NCBI GenBank assembly: GCA_043804515.1
Contig: JAZDIZ010000051.1
Coordinates: 1-39,219, forward strand
Reading direction: 5' to 3'
Origin: Pseudomonadota bacterium
GTDB taxonomy: Bacteria > Bdellovibrionota_G > JALEGL01 > DATDPG01
DNA: 39,219 nt
In this document: positions 18,730 to 28,346 of the stretch, piece after piece
Layout: each line of letters opens with the position of its first letter
Position numbering within the stretch: the first letter of the stretch is position 1
Program-made: the position numbers and the translations under genes
Notes under the pieces: model-generated
Told to the model about the DNA's origin: nothing
Seen by the model: only the letters and a program-made list of their open reading frames with translations
Databases searched by the model: none

Positions 18730-20190
18730 ATGGTTTGTTTGTGCTATAAGAACGCCACGTTGACCCACTTCCGCCCGGTCCTGATTGGTGTTTTTTCCGC
18801 CCTTGCGGCAGCGGCCTGCTCGTCGAGCAACCTCAACGACGGGATAGCCACAACCGTCGGCCCTTCCACCAACGCCCCGAGCGGCGTGGCCGTCGTGTTC
18901 CCTCACCCGGCCGGCTGGGCGGATCCGCAAAATCACGGCCCGGCGGCGCTGACCGCCGGCCCAAAACTCGCCCCGGACCGATGCAACGGTTGCCACGATC
19001 CGAACGGCGAGACATCGCAGGGGGACGGAGCCCCCGGTTGCCGGAATTGCCATGCCGTTTACCCGCATCCGGACGGATGGGGCGACAGCCCCGTTCACGT
19101 CCGGGATCTGGCCGCCTCACCCGATGGCCTCGCCGCGGGGATTTCATCCAAATGCGCAACGACGTGCCATGGTTCGGATCTGGCGGGAGGGTTTTCGGGC
19201 GTTGGTTGTGCGCGGTGCCATGGTGGTTACCCTCATCCGGCGGACTGGAGGGATTCGACCGGTCACGGGATCGCCGTCATTTCGAGCGCGACCGGAGGCC
19301 TTCCGGCCTGCAGGACCTGTCACGGAGCGAATCTGGGCGGTGGGGCGTACGGCGTCTCGTGCCTCGGATGCCACGCGCTTCCGGACAGCTCCCGTCCGGT
19401 GCAGCACAAGCCGAGCCAAACCGGAGCCTGTTCATCCTGCCATGCCTCACTGGCCTCCGATGCGAAGGAACCGCACCTTCTCCTGGCGTCGGCCCCTTCG
19501 CTTTGCACGCCCTGCCACACGCAGGGGCGCATCGCCCCGGCCTTCCGGCACTCCCCCCTCACATCCGCATCTTCATGCCTCGGCTGCCACGTCCCGCACG
19601 ACGGTATCGAGCCAGGGCTTCTGTCGGCCCGGCAAGCCGACGTTTGTTTCTCCTGTCACAACAAGGAAATCACCACGGCACAATACGGAACGACGCGGAA
19701 CATGCAGGCGATCTCCACCGGAAGCACGAATCTCCATCCCCCGTTCCGAAGCGGAGACTGCGCCGGGTGCCACGACGCACATGGTTCGGCCTACAACCAC
19801 CTTCTCACCGCGCCGGACCCGATGTTCTGGACGCCGAACGGCGTGGACGCCAGATCATTTTCGTGTTCCGCATGCCACAATACGAATACTTATCTTCTGA
19901 CGGCCACGTTCCCACGCCCGGCAAGCGTGGTCCGGCCGGTGTCATCGCTCCCAACCCAGTTCGTGGCGTTCGCGACGTCCACTTCGGCCGCCGAAAACCT
20001 CCACGCCTTTCACGTGGTCCAGGCCGGCGCAGGGTGCCTGGCTTGCCACGATCCGCACGGAGACAACGACAAGTATCTCCTTCGAAGCTATCTCACGTAT
20101 CGCGATCCGGGTTCATCCTTCTGGTCGTACTCGGCTTGCAACGGCTGCCACACGGGCCAAATTCCCGCCGACCTCAACTCCCTCTGGTAA
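18730..20190 (+). CDS. large multiheme c-type cytochrome lipoprotein, 14 motifs
   Basis: Lipobox-like ALAAAAC; 13 CxxCH plus CATTCH. The start may be the TTG at 18760. Confidence 0.9.
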   Translation: MVCLCYKNATLTHFRPVLIGVFSALAAAACSSSNLNDGIATTVGPSTNAPSGVAVVFPHPAGWADPQNHGPAALTAGPKLAPDRCNGCHDPNGETSQGDGAPGCRNCHAVYPHPDGWGDSPVHVRDLAASPDGLAAGISSKCATTCHGSDLAGGFSGVGCARCHGGYPHPADWRDSTGHGIAVISSATGGLPACRTCHGANLGGGAYGVSCLGCHALPDSSRPVQHKPSQTGACSSCHASLASDAKEPHLLLASAPSLCTPCHTQGRIAPAFRHSPLTSASSCLGCHVPHDGIEPGLLSARQADVCFSCHNKEITTAQYGTTRNMQAISTGSTNLHPPFRSGDCAGCHDAHGSAYNHLLTAPDPMFWTPNGVDARSFSCSACHNTNTYLLTATFPRPASVVRPVSSLPTQFVAFATSTSAAENLHAFHVVQAGAGCLACHDPHGDNDKYLLRSYLTYRDPGSSFWSYSACNGCHTGQIPADLNSLW

Positions 20191-20285
20191 CTCGCCTTTT
20201 TTGGGGCTCTCCCGTAAAACTTGAAATCACCGGCGGAAGGATGATCCGAAATGCGCGTGAACACGAAATCCATGGAGGTCACTTT

Positions 20286-20684
20286 ATGAACGTGAAACGG
20301 TTCTTGATCGCGGCTGTTGCGGTTTTCATCGTGGGCCAGTTCTTGGAGTACCTGCTCCACGGCGTTTTTCTTCGTTCCCTGTACGAGAGCACCCAGTCGA
20401 TCTGGCGCCCCGACATGATGGACAAAATGTGGATGTTCCGTTTGAGCGGCCTCATCACGTCCTTCCTGCTCACGTACATCTTCGTGAAAGGGTACGAAGG
20501 CAAGGGCCTTGGGGAAGGCCTGAGATTCGGGATGGTGCTCGGCCTCTTTGTTTCGGTCCCGATGGCCCTATGCACGTACGCGATGATAGCGATCCCGCCG
20601 GCGCTGGCCGTCGGGTGGTTCCTGGGCGGGTTTATCGGAACCGTGATCCTGGGCCTCGTCCTCGCCGCCATCTACAAAAAATAA
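20286..20684 (+). CDS. small 4-TM membrane protein (DUF1761-like, tentative)
   Basis: GGAGG RBS then MNVKRFLIAAVAVF; four hydrophobic segments; EGLRFG motif. Confidence 0.8.
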   Translation: MNVKRFLIAAVAVFIVGQFLEYLLHGVFLRSLYESTQSIWRPDMMDKMWMFRLSGLITSFLLTYIFVKGYEGKGLGEGLRFGMVLGLFVSVPMALCTYAMIAIPPALAVGWFLGGFIGTVILGLVLAAIYKK

Positions 20685-20715
20685 GCGACTCAATTCCCGG
20701 CCGTTTCGTTTTTTC

Positions 20716-22467
20716 TCATCGGGCGCGGCAAGTGCTTTTCATCTTGCCGGTTTCGGCGAGGGCGTCAGCCGTGGAGGACGCAGCCGCCGTCAGATCCTCG
20801 TTCATCCGCAGGCACTCGCCGTGGAAGTACCAATACCGGGCCCGGTTCATTCGGGCCGCTTGATCCTCCGGGTCGAGATCCAGGGCCCGGTTCCAGGCAT
20901 CGAGCGCTTCTGTGTCGCGCTTCGTCGCCGCCAAGAGAACCCCCAAATTCACCCATGCCGCCGGATCGTGGGGCCTTCGTGAGAGGTAATCGCGCAGGAG
21001 GCGCTCCCCCTTCCCTTCGTCCTTAAGCTGCGCCCACAAAATCCCCAGATCCCGGAGGGAAGTCTCCTCGTCGAAAACCGTTTTTCGCGCTTCCAAGGCG
21101 ATGAGAATCCGCCGCGCGATATCCGGATTTCCGGCCTGAACTTCGACTTGCGCGAGCCGGAGCGCCGACAAGTCCTGGGCGGGGTTCAACTTCGAGGCTC
21201 TTAGAAACGAGCGGCGCGCCTCCACAAGCCGGCCCGCATCCATCTGCGCTTCACCGAGATTGCTCCACACGTAATAGAGCGAAGGCGACTTCCGGACGGT
21301 GTCCTGCCAGAGCGTCAGGGAGTCCGACCAGACGGGTAGCCTCACGTGCGCGCCCCACCCGAGAGCCAGAGCAACCCCCAACCCCAGACTCCACACGGCC
21401 GACCTGGCCATGGGGATGGAATCCAGGAGCGCCGCGACGATCAAGCCGGCGCCCAGAAGCGGCATATAAAGGTAGCGATCCGCCATCCAGATCGGGTGGC
21501 CGGCGCAGATCGAAGCGACGTACGGAAGATACGTAAGACCGATCCAGAGCACGCCCGCGCGAATCCGCGCGTCACGTTTTCTCGCAGCCCACGCCGCGGC
21601 TGTCCAAGCCGCGCACAAAAGAATCCCGAGCCACACCTCCGGCCGGCCGAATCCCCATTCGGGGTGCTGGACGTACCGCGCCGAAAGATTCAGAGGTGCC
21701 AGCACCGTCTGCACGGCGTGATGAAACGTTTGAAATGCGGCCGGCCACACGGACGCGGTGTCCGCGAGTGTCGAGTGTTTCACCAATGCCCCCAAATGAT
21801 GGTTCGCGATGACCACGTAGACGCCCAGGCACAGGCTAGCGCCGAAGAGAGAGAGGAGATTGGTCCCCGGGACCTTCTTGCCCCGTTCCCTAAGAAGCAC
21901 CCAAACGAGCGGCGCAAGGATGACGGCGGTGTATTTCGAGAGCAGCGCGGCGATCGCCAGGATCCACGCCCGTTTCGGTTTCTCCCGAAGGTAGAGGAGG
22001 CATGAACCCAGGGAGAACGCCATCACGAGGAGGTCTTTCCGGCCGCTCACCCACGCCACCGGCTCCACGACCAGCGGGTGCCAGGCCCAGAGAGCCGCCC
22101 CGAGCCAGGCGAAGGAGGGACGAACGAACGCTTTCAGGAGACCGTACGCCAGGCAGGCGTTCAAAACATGAAGGGCCCAGTTCGTGAAATGAAATTCCGC
22201 GGGATTCCACCCGAAAACCAAATAGTCCAACGCGTACGACACGTCGCGCACGGGGCTGTAATCCAACGCGGTCCCGTTCCACAGGGAGAGCGGGTTCCAA
22301 ATCTCCAGAACACTTCTCCATGTCAAAGGGTGAAACCAGGGATGCTGCGTGAGAAGAGGCATGTCATCCCAATTCAGGAATCGGAACGAAAGCGTCGGCC
22401 AGAAAAGGATGCCCGTCAGAATCGCGAGCGCACCCACGGGCAGGAGTTTGAGAAGCCGCTCTTTCAT
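20716..22467 (-). CDS. TMTC-like GT-C membrane glycosyltransferase with TPR repeats
   Basis: FLNWDD, YSPVRDVSYALDY, FHFTNWALH, HPLVVEPVAWVSGRKD, ADRYLYMP, WSDSLTLW, followed by TPRs. Confidence 0.85.
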   Translation of the reverse strand: MKERLLKLLPVGALAILTGILFWPTLSFRFLNWDDMPLLTQHPWFHPLTWRSVLEIWNPLSLWNGTALDYSPVRDVSYALDYLVFGWNPAEFHFTNWALHVLNACLAYGLLKAFVRPSFAWLGAALWAWHPLVVEPVAWVSGRKDLLVMAFSLGSCLLYLREKPKRAWILAIAALLSKYTAVILAPLVWVLLRERGKKVPGTNLLSLFGASLCLGVYVVIANHHLGALVKHSTLADTASVWPAAFQTFHHAVQTVLAPLNLSARYVQHPEWGFGRPEVWLGILLCAAWTAAAWAARKRDARIRAGVLWIGLTYLPYVASICAGHPIWMADRYLYMPLLGAGLIVAALLDSIPMARSAVWSLGLGVALALGWGAHVRLPVWSDSLTLWQDTVRKSPSLYYVWSNLGEAQMDAGRLVEARRSFLRASKLNPAQDLSALRLAQVEVQAGNPDIARRILIALEARKTVFDEETSLRDLGILWAQLKDEGKGERLLRDYLSRRPHDPAAWVNLGVLLAATKRDTEALDAWNRALDLDPEDQAARMNRARYWYFHGECLRMNEDLTAAASSTADALAETGKMKSTCRAR

Positions 22468-22499
22468 CAGGCTGCCGGGAACCTACCGGATCTTCCCGG

Positions 22500-23429
22500 T
22501 CACGTAAACGTGCGCGGAGCCGCCGGTTCCGCGGGATAGCGCCTTACCCAGCCCAGTAGCCTCCGCCATTGGGGGACCAGCATGGCCACTAAGATCATCG
22601 ATCCGCCTACGGCGCCGTGGGTCCGGAACAACTCACCGCCGAGCGTCCACGCGAACAACGCCGCGAACACAGGCTCCAGCGTGAAAATCAAAGCGACGGG
22701 CACGGCATCCACATGTTTTTGAGCGATCGTCTGGGCTGCGAACGTGGAGATCGTCGCGAACAAGGCCAGGTACACGATCGTCCATCCCGTTGTGGGTCCG
22801 GAAGCCTCCAACGGAAGCCCAAAGAGAATCACTTGAGCGGCGGAGAGAACGAACACCACGAAGAATTGCTGGAAGCTCAGGACGAACGGATCACGATCTC
22901 CCCGGACGTATTTCTCCGAAAACAGAATATGGAGGGCCACAACCATTGCCGTACCGAGAGTGAGAAGGTCTCCCCGATTGGCCGATTGAATCCCGCCGGT
23001 CAGGACCCACAGCCCCGCCACGGCCAACGTCACGGCCAACGTCTCCTCCACCCGCGGACCGCGTCGGAACCAGAGAAGACCGAACACGGGGACCAACGGC
23101 ACATATAGGCCCGTGATGAAACCGGAATTGGAGGCCGTGATGATCACCAGGCCGCTCGTCTGAGTAAGGAAGATCAGCCACAAGAGAACGCCGAGAACGA
23201 GCCCCGCCTTGAAATCCTTGAAGAGCGCTTTTCCGCGGAGCTTGACGATCCCCGCCGTTACGAGGGAGGCGATGGCGAAACGGTACGCGATCAACGTGAC
23301 CGGATCGACGCTTTGAAGCGTCCGCTTGACCAGGAAGAACGTCGAGCCCCAGACCACCGCGGCATAGATCAGCGCGAGGATGGAAAGGCAATACGCGCAG
23401 TTCAGGCGGCCGGTTTCTTTACCACGCAT
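22500..23429 (-). CDS. DMT/EamA family transporter
   Basis: WGSTF, AYRF, SNSGFITGL, NRGDLLTL, IFTLEPVFA. Start uncertain. Confidence 0.92.
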   Translation of the reverse strand: MRGKETGRLNCAYCLSILALIYAAVVWGSTFFLVKRTLQSVDPVTLIAYRFAIASLVTAGIVKLRGKALFKDFKAGLVLGVLLWLIFLTQTSGLVIITASNSGFITGLYVPLVPVFGLLWFRRGPRVEETLAVTLAVAGLWVLTGGIQSANRGDLLTLGTAMVVALHILFSEKYVRGDRDPFVLSFQQFFVVFVLSAAQVILFGLPLEASGPTTGWTIVYLALFATISTFAAQTIAQKHVDAVPVALIFTLEPVFAALFAWTLGGELFRTHGAVGGSMILVAMLVPQWRRLLGWVRRYPAEPAAPRTFT

Positions 23430-24937
23430 CTATTGAACACCCACATCAGGAATGCCGACACCGCCGCGAGAAGAACGAACAGCAACCACATGACGCCGGG
23501 TTTCCCCACGCCCTTGGGGCCGAAGTGCTGGTATGCCACGCCCGAGAGAAGGCCGCCGAAGAGGTTCCCCAGCGCCACGCACCAGTAGTAATAGCCCATG
23601 TACATGCCGGTTTTCTCCGGCGGAGCGATGCGTCCCACATATTCCTGGGACTTGGGACCCGTCATCATTTCCCCGACGGCGAAGATCAAGATCCCGCCCA
23701 CGACCAGCCACACGCTCACGCCGAAGACGAACAACCCGAAAGCGAGGCCGGTCACCAGCGTGCCCGTGATGATCGTCGTGAGAGCCTTCAGATTTCGGCA
23801 CAAATGCGAGACGAGGATCTGGATCAGGATGATCGCGAACGCATCCAGGTTGATCAGATGCTCCGGCTTGATTTCGCCGTTCAAAAGGACGGCTTTGTGC
23901 CACTCGGACGTGTCGAAGCCAAGCGAGGAGAAGAAACCCGTCACACCGTGAGCAAGCGGCGTCAGCGCCGCGATCAGGCCGCTCGTGTGCGTGTAGTCCC
24001 GGATGTATTCGGGAAGCGTGAGAAAGAGCTGGTTATACGCCGTCCAGAATCCGGACATGAGAAGAAGGTAGACGAGATAGCGGGTTTCCCCCGCCTTCAT
24101 CGGCTTTAAGTACCAAGGGCGATCAGGTTTCTCGCCGGCGGAGCGCAGAATGAAATCCAGGCCGAAATTCGCCACGAACCATACGCCGGCAGCCACGAGG
24201 ACCTGCGTGAAATCCCACCACTTGGAGCCCAACACAAGCGCCGTCATGATTCCAGCGATGAAGAGGAAGAACCGGGCGTTCCCCACGACCGCCATCATTC
24301 CCTCCAGCGTCTTCGCCAGCGATTTCGCTTTCTGCCCTTCGGTGCGGGGCGGTTCCTTGTAGATCAGGAGGCAGATGAGCAGGTTCAAGGCCAGCCAGCC
24401 GGAGGAGCAATAGAAGACGTATTTCCAGTCCCATCCTCGCACGACGCCCGCCACGATGGGGCCGAGAAGCCCGCCTACGTTCACCATCCAATAGAAAATC
24501 CCGAAGCCCAGCGTCCCCGTTTTCTCGTTCGTGCACTTCGCGATCGTGCCGTTCACGATCGGCTTGAACATCCCGTGCCCCACGGCCACGAACATGTACA
24601 CCAGGAAAAAGCCCCAGAAACTGCGCGGGATGGAGAGCAGGACGTACGCGGGCGACATGATCAAGAAGGAGATCACGAACATCCGCTTGTAGCCGTACTT
24701 ATCGGCCAGTGCGCCGAAGAACGCGGGAAAGAGGTACAGGAAGAACGTCACGAGCCCCTGGATGATTCCCCGGTCGGCCGAGCTGAATCCCAACCCGCCG
24801 TCGGCGAGGGTTCCGGTGATGTACACGCTGGAGACGGTGTAAAAACCGTACCAGCCCATCCGCTCGAAGATCTCGATCGTGTTCGCGGCCCAGAAAGAAC
24901 GCGGGAACGACCGCCAAATCGAGGGCTTCGCGTCCAT
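23402..24937 (-). CDS. MFS transporter, POT/PTR-like peptide permease
   Basis: EIFERMGWYG (ExxER-like), GALADKYGYKR, GHGMFKP, FGIFYWMVNVG. Confidence 0.9.
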   Translation of the reverse strand: MDAKPSIWRSFPRSFWAANTIEIFERMGWYGFYTVSSVYITGTLADGGLGFSSADRGIIQGLVTFFLYLFPAFFGALADKYGYKRMFVISFLIMSPAYVLLSIPRSFWGFFLVYMFVAVGHGMFKPIVNGTIAKCTNEKTGTLGFGIFYWMVNVGGLLGPIVAGVVRGWDWKYVFYCSSGWLALNLLICLLIYKEPPRTEGQKAKSLAKTLEGMMAVVGNARFFLFIAGIMTALVLGSKWWDFTQVLVAAGVWFVANFGLDFILRSAGEKPDRPWYLKPMKAGETRYLVYLLLMSGFWTAYNQLFLTLPEYIRDYTHTSGLIAALTPLAHGVTGFFSSLGFDTSEWHKAVLLNGEIKPEHLINLDAFAIILIQILVSHLCRNLKALTTIITGTLVTGLAFGLFVFGVSVWLVVGGILIFAVGEMMTGPKSQEYVGRIAPPEKTGMYMGYYYWCVALGNLFGGLLSGVAYQHFGPKGVGKPGVMWLLFVLLAAVSAFLMWVFNRCVVKKPAA

Positions 24938-24940
24938 CGG

Positions 24941-26977
24941 TTACGCCGGTTTTCGCCGCTTGCTGGCGTAGTAGATGCCGAACAACAACGCCACAAACAG
25001 CACCAAGCCGAGAACATTTCCCGTGGCGCCTTCGTTGGCGGACCAGAGGAGACTCGAAGCCTTCTCCTCGCCGACAGCTATGATGACGATGGCCGACGCG
25101 ATTCCGGCCAAACCACCGCCCGCGATGAGACCGCTGGCGATCAGCTGGCCTTTTTCCTCACGCGCGTAGGCTTCTTTCTCATCCTTGCTGCGCTTCTTGA
25201 GCAGCCAGGCCATGAACGCACCCAGAAAAATGGACGTGTTGATCTCGAGTGGAAGATAGATCCCCAGCGCGAAAGCCAGCGGGCTGATCTTGAGGACCGC
25301 CACGATGATGGCGATCAACGCCCCAATGCCGTACAAAATCCAAGGGACGCCGCCCGCGCTGAAGAAGCCCTTCACGATGGCCGCCATGGCGTTGGCTTGA
25401 GGAGCGGGCATGGGATTCGGATGTGCGGGGCTGGCCACGTAGCCGTGCGTTTGGGCCAGAAGGATGATCACGTAAGCCGTGGTTACCGAAGCCAGGATCG
25501 CACCCAGAAGGCTCCATACCTGCACCTTCTTCGGCGTGGCGCCGGTCCATTGGGCGATCTTTAATTCTGTGACCATGGTGCCGGACATGGCCAGAGACGT
25601 GCAGATGACGCCGCCGATCAGAATAGCAGCCAGCATTCCCGGCTGGCCCGTCAGGCCCATCTTCACCAGCACCAGGCCGGTGATGATAAGAGCTGTGGCC
25701 GTCATGCCGCTGATCGGCGTGATACTGATCATGGCGATGGCCCAGGCCGAGACCGCCGAGAACAGGAATGAGATGACCAACACGATCAGAAGCGAGGTCA
25801 AACTCAATGTCGTAGCGCCGGGTTGGTCCACCAGAACTCCGAGGCGGAAGTACAAGAAAATAAGAACGGCTACGCCGATGAACATGAGAAGGACTTTACC
25901 CATGTCGATGTCACGGTCCGTTCGGCGAGGCTCGCTCCCCGCCCCTTTCTTTCTCAACGAGGTGAACAGTCCCTGCATTCCGGTCGTGAGGGCTTGGTAA
26001 ACCACCTTACGGAGTTTGAAGATGCTGATCAGGCCGGCCGCGAAGATACCGCCGATCCCGATCTGACGGACAAAGCCCCGGAAGATCGCTCCCGCATCCA
26101 TTCCTTGAAGGACGTCCATCGCCGGAACTACAAAGCCGTTGGCGGCCAGCGGCCCGCGGATCCATTCCGCGATCCAGGGGAACAGCGGGACGAAAATCCA
26201 CCAGGACAGGATCGATCCCGCCAGGATGATCCCCGCGTAATTCACGCCGATGATAACGCCCAAGCCGACCATGGCTCCCGACGTCATCATGTTGTAAACC
26301 AGCTTCGCGTTCTTCGTGACCGGGTCCAGGATGGGCACGAGGGAAGTCGTGACCACTTCCCGCCAACCTCGGAAGATATAAAGGATGCTGTCAAAGATCA
26401 GACCGAACACGCCCCACCAGGCCAGCGTCTTGGCCTGAGCGCCGCCCGCCTCTCCCGCCACCAGCGTCCGGACAATCGCCGTGCCTTCGGGGAACGGGAG
26501 CTTCCCGTGCATTTCAGTCACGAAATAGCGCCGAAAAGGAATCAAAAGAAGTATCCCCATCCAGGTACCCAGCAGGGCGACCAGGAAGATCTGAAAGAAC
26601 TTCGCGTATTGTTCAACGCCCAGAATCCACAGGGCAGGCAGCGTGAAGATCGTACCGCCGATGGCACCGCTCGCCGTGGCGCCGATCGCCATGATGTTCA
26701 CGTTTTCGAGGACCGTGCTCTTGCGCGGGAAGATCGTGGAGAGTCCGACGGAGATGATCACGATCGGAATCGCCGTCTCGAACCCCTGGCCGGTCTTGAG
26801 GGCGATGAAGCCGGCCGCGGCGGAAAAGATCACGGTCATCAGGAGGCCGATGATGACGGTTCGCCAGCTCACCTCCTTGACCGTTTCCGAATCCGTGACC
26901 ATCGGGACGTACGTTTCGCCCGGTTGGAGCGGACGGAATGCGTTATCGGGGAGTTTTCGGATCTGTTGGTCGCTCAC
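24941..26977 (-). CDS. OPT family oligopeptide transporter
   Basis: LENVNI, IFTLPAL, LPFPEGTA, TGATPKKVQ, PAPQANAM, ASGLIAGG. Confidence 0.95.
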   Translation of the reverse strand: MSDQQIRKLPDNAFRPLQPGETYVPMVTDSETVKEVSWRTVIIGLLMTVIFSAAAGFIALKTGQGFETAIPIVIISVGLSTIFPRKSTVLENVNIMAIGATASGAIGGTIFTLPALWILGVEQYAKFFQIFLVALLGTWMGILLLIPFRRYFVTEMHGKLPFPEGTAIVRTLVAGEAGGAQAKTLAWWGVFGLIFDSILYIFRGWREVVTTSLVPILDPVTKNAKLVYNMMTSGAMVGLGVIIGVNYAGIILAGSILSWWIFVPLFPWIAEWIRGPLAANGFVVPAMDVLQGMDAGAIFRGFVRQIGIGGIFAAGLISIFKLRKVVYQALTTGMQGLFTSLRKKGAGSEPRRTDRDIDMGKVLLMFIGVAVLIFLYFRLGVLVDQPGATTLSLTSLLIVLVISFLFSAVSAWAIAMISITPISGMTATALIITGLVLVKMGLTGQPGMLAAILIGGVICTSLAMSGTMVTELKIAQWTGATPKKVQVWSLLGAILASVTTAYVIILLAQTHGYVASPAHPNPMPAPQANAMAAIVKGFFSAGGVPWILYGIGALIAIIVAVLKISPLAFALGIYLPLEINTSIFLGAFMAWLLKKRSKDEKEAYAREEKGQLIASGLIAGGGLAGIASAIVIIAVGEEKASSLLWSANEGATGNVLGLVLFVALLFGIYYASKRRKPA

Positions 26978-27029
26978 GTTGATCTCCTGCCGTTTGGTTT
27001 AAAAGTCGCCTCGCACGATGGCCGAAGCG

Positions 27030-28046
27030 TCAGATTGTGAATCGGCCGTCCTTCATGATGACGCGCCCGTCTACGGTGACCGTCGGATTCCGCATCACGC
27101 CGTCGTTGTGGGCTTTGCTGGCGAATTTTGCCCCTGTCTTGTCGGGATACGGGTCGCCCAGGGCGATGTGAACTCCCGGGAACTTCTCGTCCTGAAGGAG
27201 ATTCCCGATCAGCTTCGTAAGGCCGACGTTCGTGCCGATCGCGAATTCACCGACGCGGTTGGAGTTCTCGTCGGTTTCGAACGTGTACTTTTCGAACTCC
27301 GCTTTCAGCTTCTCGTTCTTGCACTTCACGCTGCCCTTCACGCACCGGCTGTCCTTCACGTCGTACCGGAGGGGCGTCTTTTGGATGTCTCCGTACTTCT
27401 CGGTGAAGAAGTCTCCCAGGCATCCGTCCACCACAACCGTTCCGTTGGCGTTCACGGGAGACGTGAAAACCTCCCCGTCGGGCAGATTGCACCATTTCTC
27501 GGGGCGGATGTTGCCGTCGCTGATCAGCCATTTCAGGTCCCGGCTGAACTGCGCCGTGATGTCCGTACCCGCCGGTGTGGTCACGCTGATCTCTTTGGCG
27601 GAAGCCACCACGTCGTGCACCCTCCGGCAGATCTCCTGGATCTTCCGGTAATCGGCGGCCATACCCTGGCTCATCATCACTTCGGTGAACCCTGGCATGT
27701 GGCCGTGGCGGAGTCCGTGTTTTTCGATCACGGCGAGCATCGGCTTTCGAAAGCTTCCCAGCTCACCCGACTTTCCGGCCGCGATGTAGAAACTCATCTG
27801 CGCCGTGGAGAGCGCCCCGGCGATCTTTTCTGGGAAGGGGAGCGGGTTGGAGCCGTCGTCGGACCGGGGCCCGAAATCCTCCATCACAAAGAGCGTAACC
27901 TTCGCGTTCACGCCGGCGGCTTGGCGTTCCAGCGCTTCCGCCAGATACCGGGTCGCGCGGTCCGTGACGATCACGACCTTTTCACCGGCTTTTACTTTCG
28001 CGCAATTCAGAACGGCTTGCCTAGCTCCAGCTTCCACAGCGTTCAT
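27030..28046 (-). CDS. M29 family aminopeptidase (AmpS/AmpT-like)
   Basis: NLPDGEVFTSP, GEFAIGTN, DEKFPGVHIALG, HND. Start 28046 or slightly upstream. Confidence 0.9.
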   Translation of the reverse strand: MNAVEAGARQAVLNCAKVKAGEKVVIVTDRATRYLAEALERQAAGVNAKVTLFVMEDFGPRSDDGSNPLPFPEKIAGALSTAQMSFYIAAGKSGELGSFRKPMLAVIEKHGLRHGHMPGFTEVMMSQGMAADYRKIQEICRRVHDVVASAKEISVTTPAGTDITAQFSRDLKWLISDGNIRPEKWCNLPDGEVFTSPVNANGTVVVDGCLGDFFTEKYGDIQKTPLRYDVKDSRCVKGSVKCKNEKLKAEFEKYTFETDENSNRVGEFAIGTNVGLTKLIGNLLQDEKFPGVHIALGDPYPDKTGAKFASKAHNDGVMRNPTVTVDGRVIMKDGRFTI

Positions 28047-28346
28047 AAGTCTCTCCCCCATCAACGAAAGAAATAAGTCTACAGCTTCGGTTCCTCAATT
28101 CCAGCTTTGTCGCTGTTTCGACATCGGGCCGTTCTGCCGTCAGCCTGCGTTATTCATCAGACGCCTCGAATGACTACGAAACGCTCAGATTTGTCCGCAG
28201 GTCAAGGCGGGCGCCGAGCACAGACCGGAGTTGGCTTGAAATGCCAATGAGGCCTGCGCACAGGCGCCCAACGCAGAGATGCGGCAAATATGACGTTTCC
28301 CTCGTGAATAATCAGGGCTATACTCCGGACCGGAAACGAGGCTTCC

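Noticed and set aside
18981..20285. 567-aa ORF overlapping the 14-heme cytochrome
   Set aside because: The Arg/Pro-rich off-frame extension is typical of GC-rich DNA; the real gene starts at 20286 after a GGAGG RBS.
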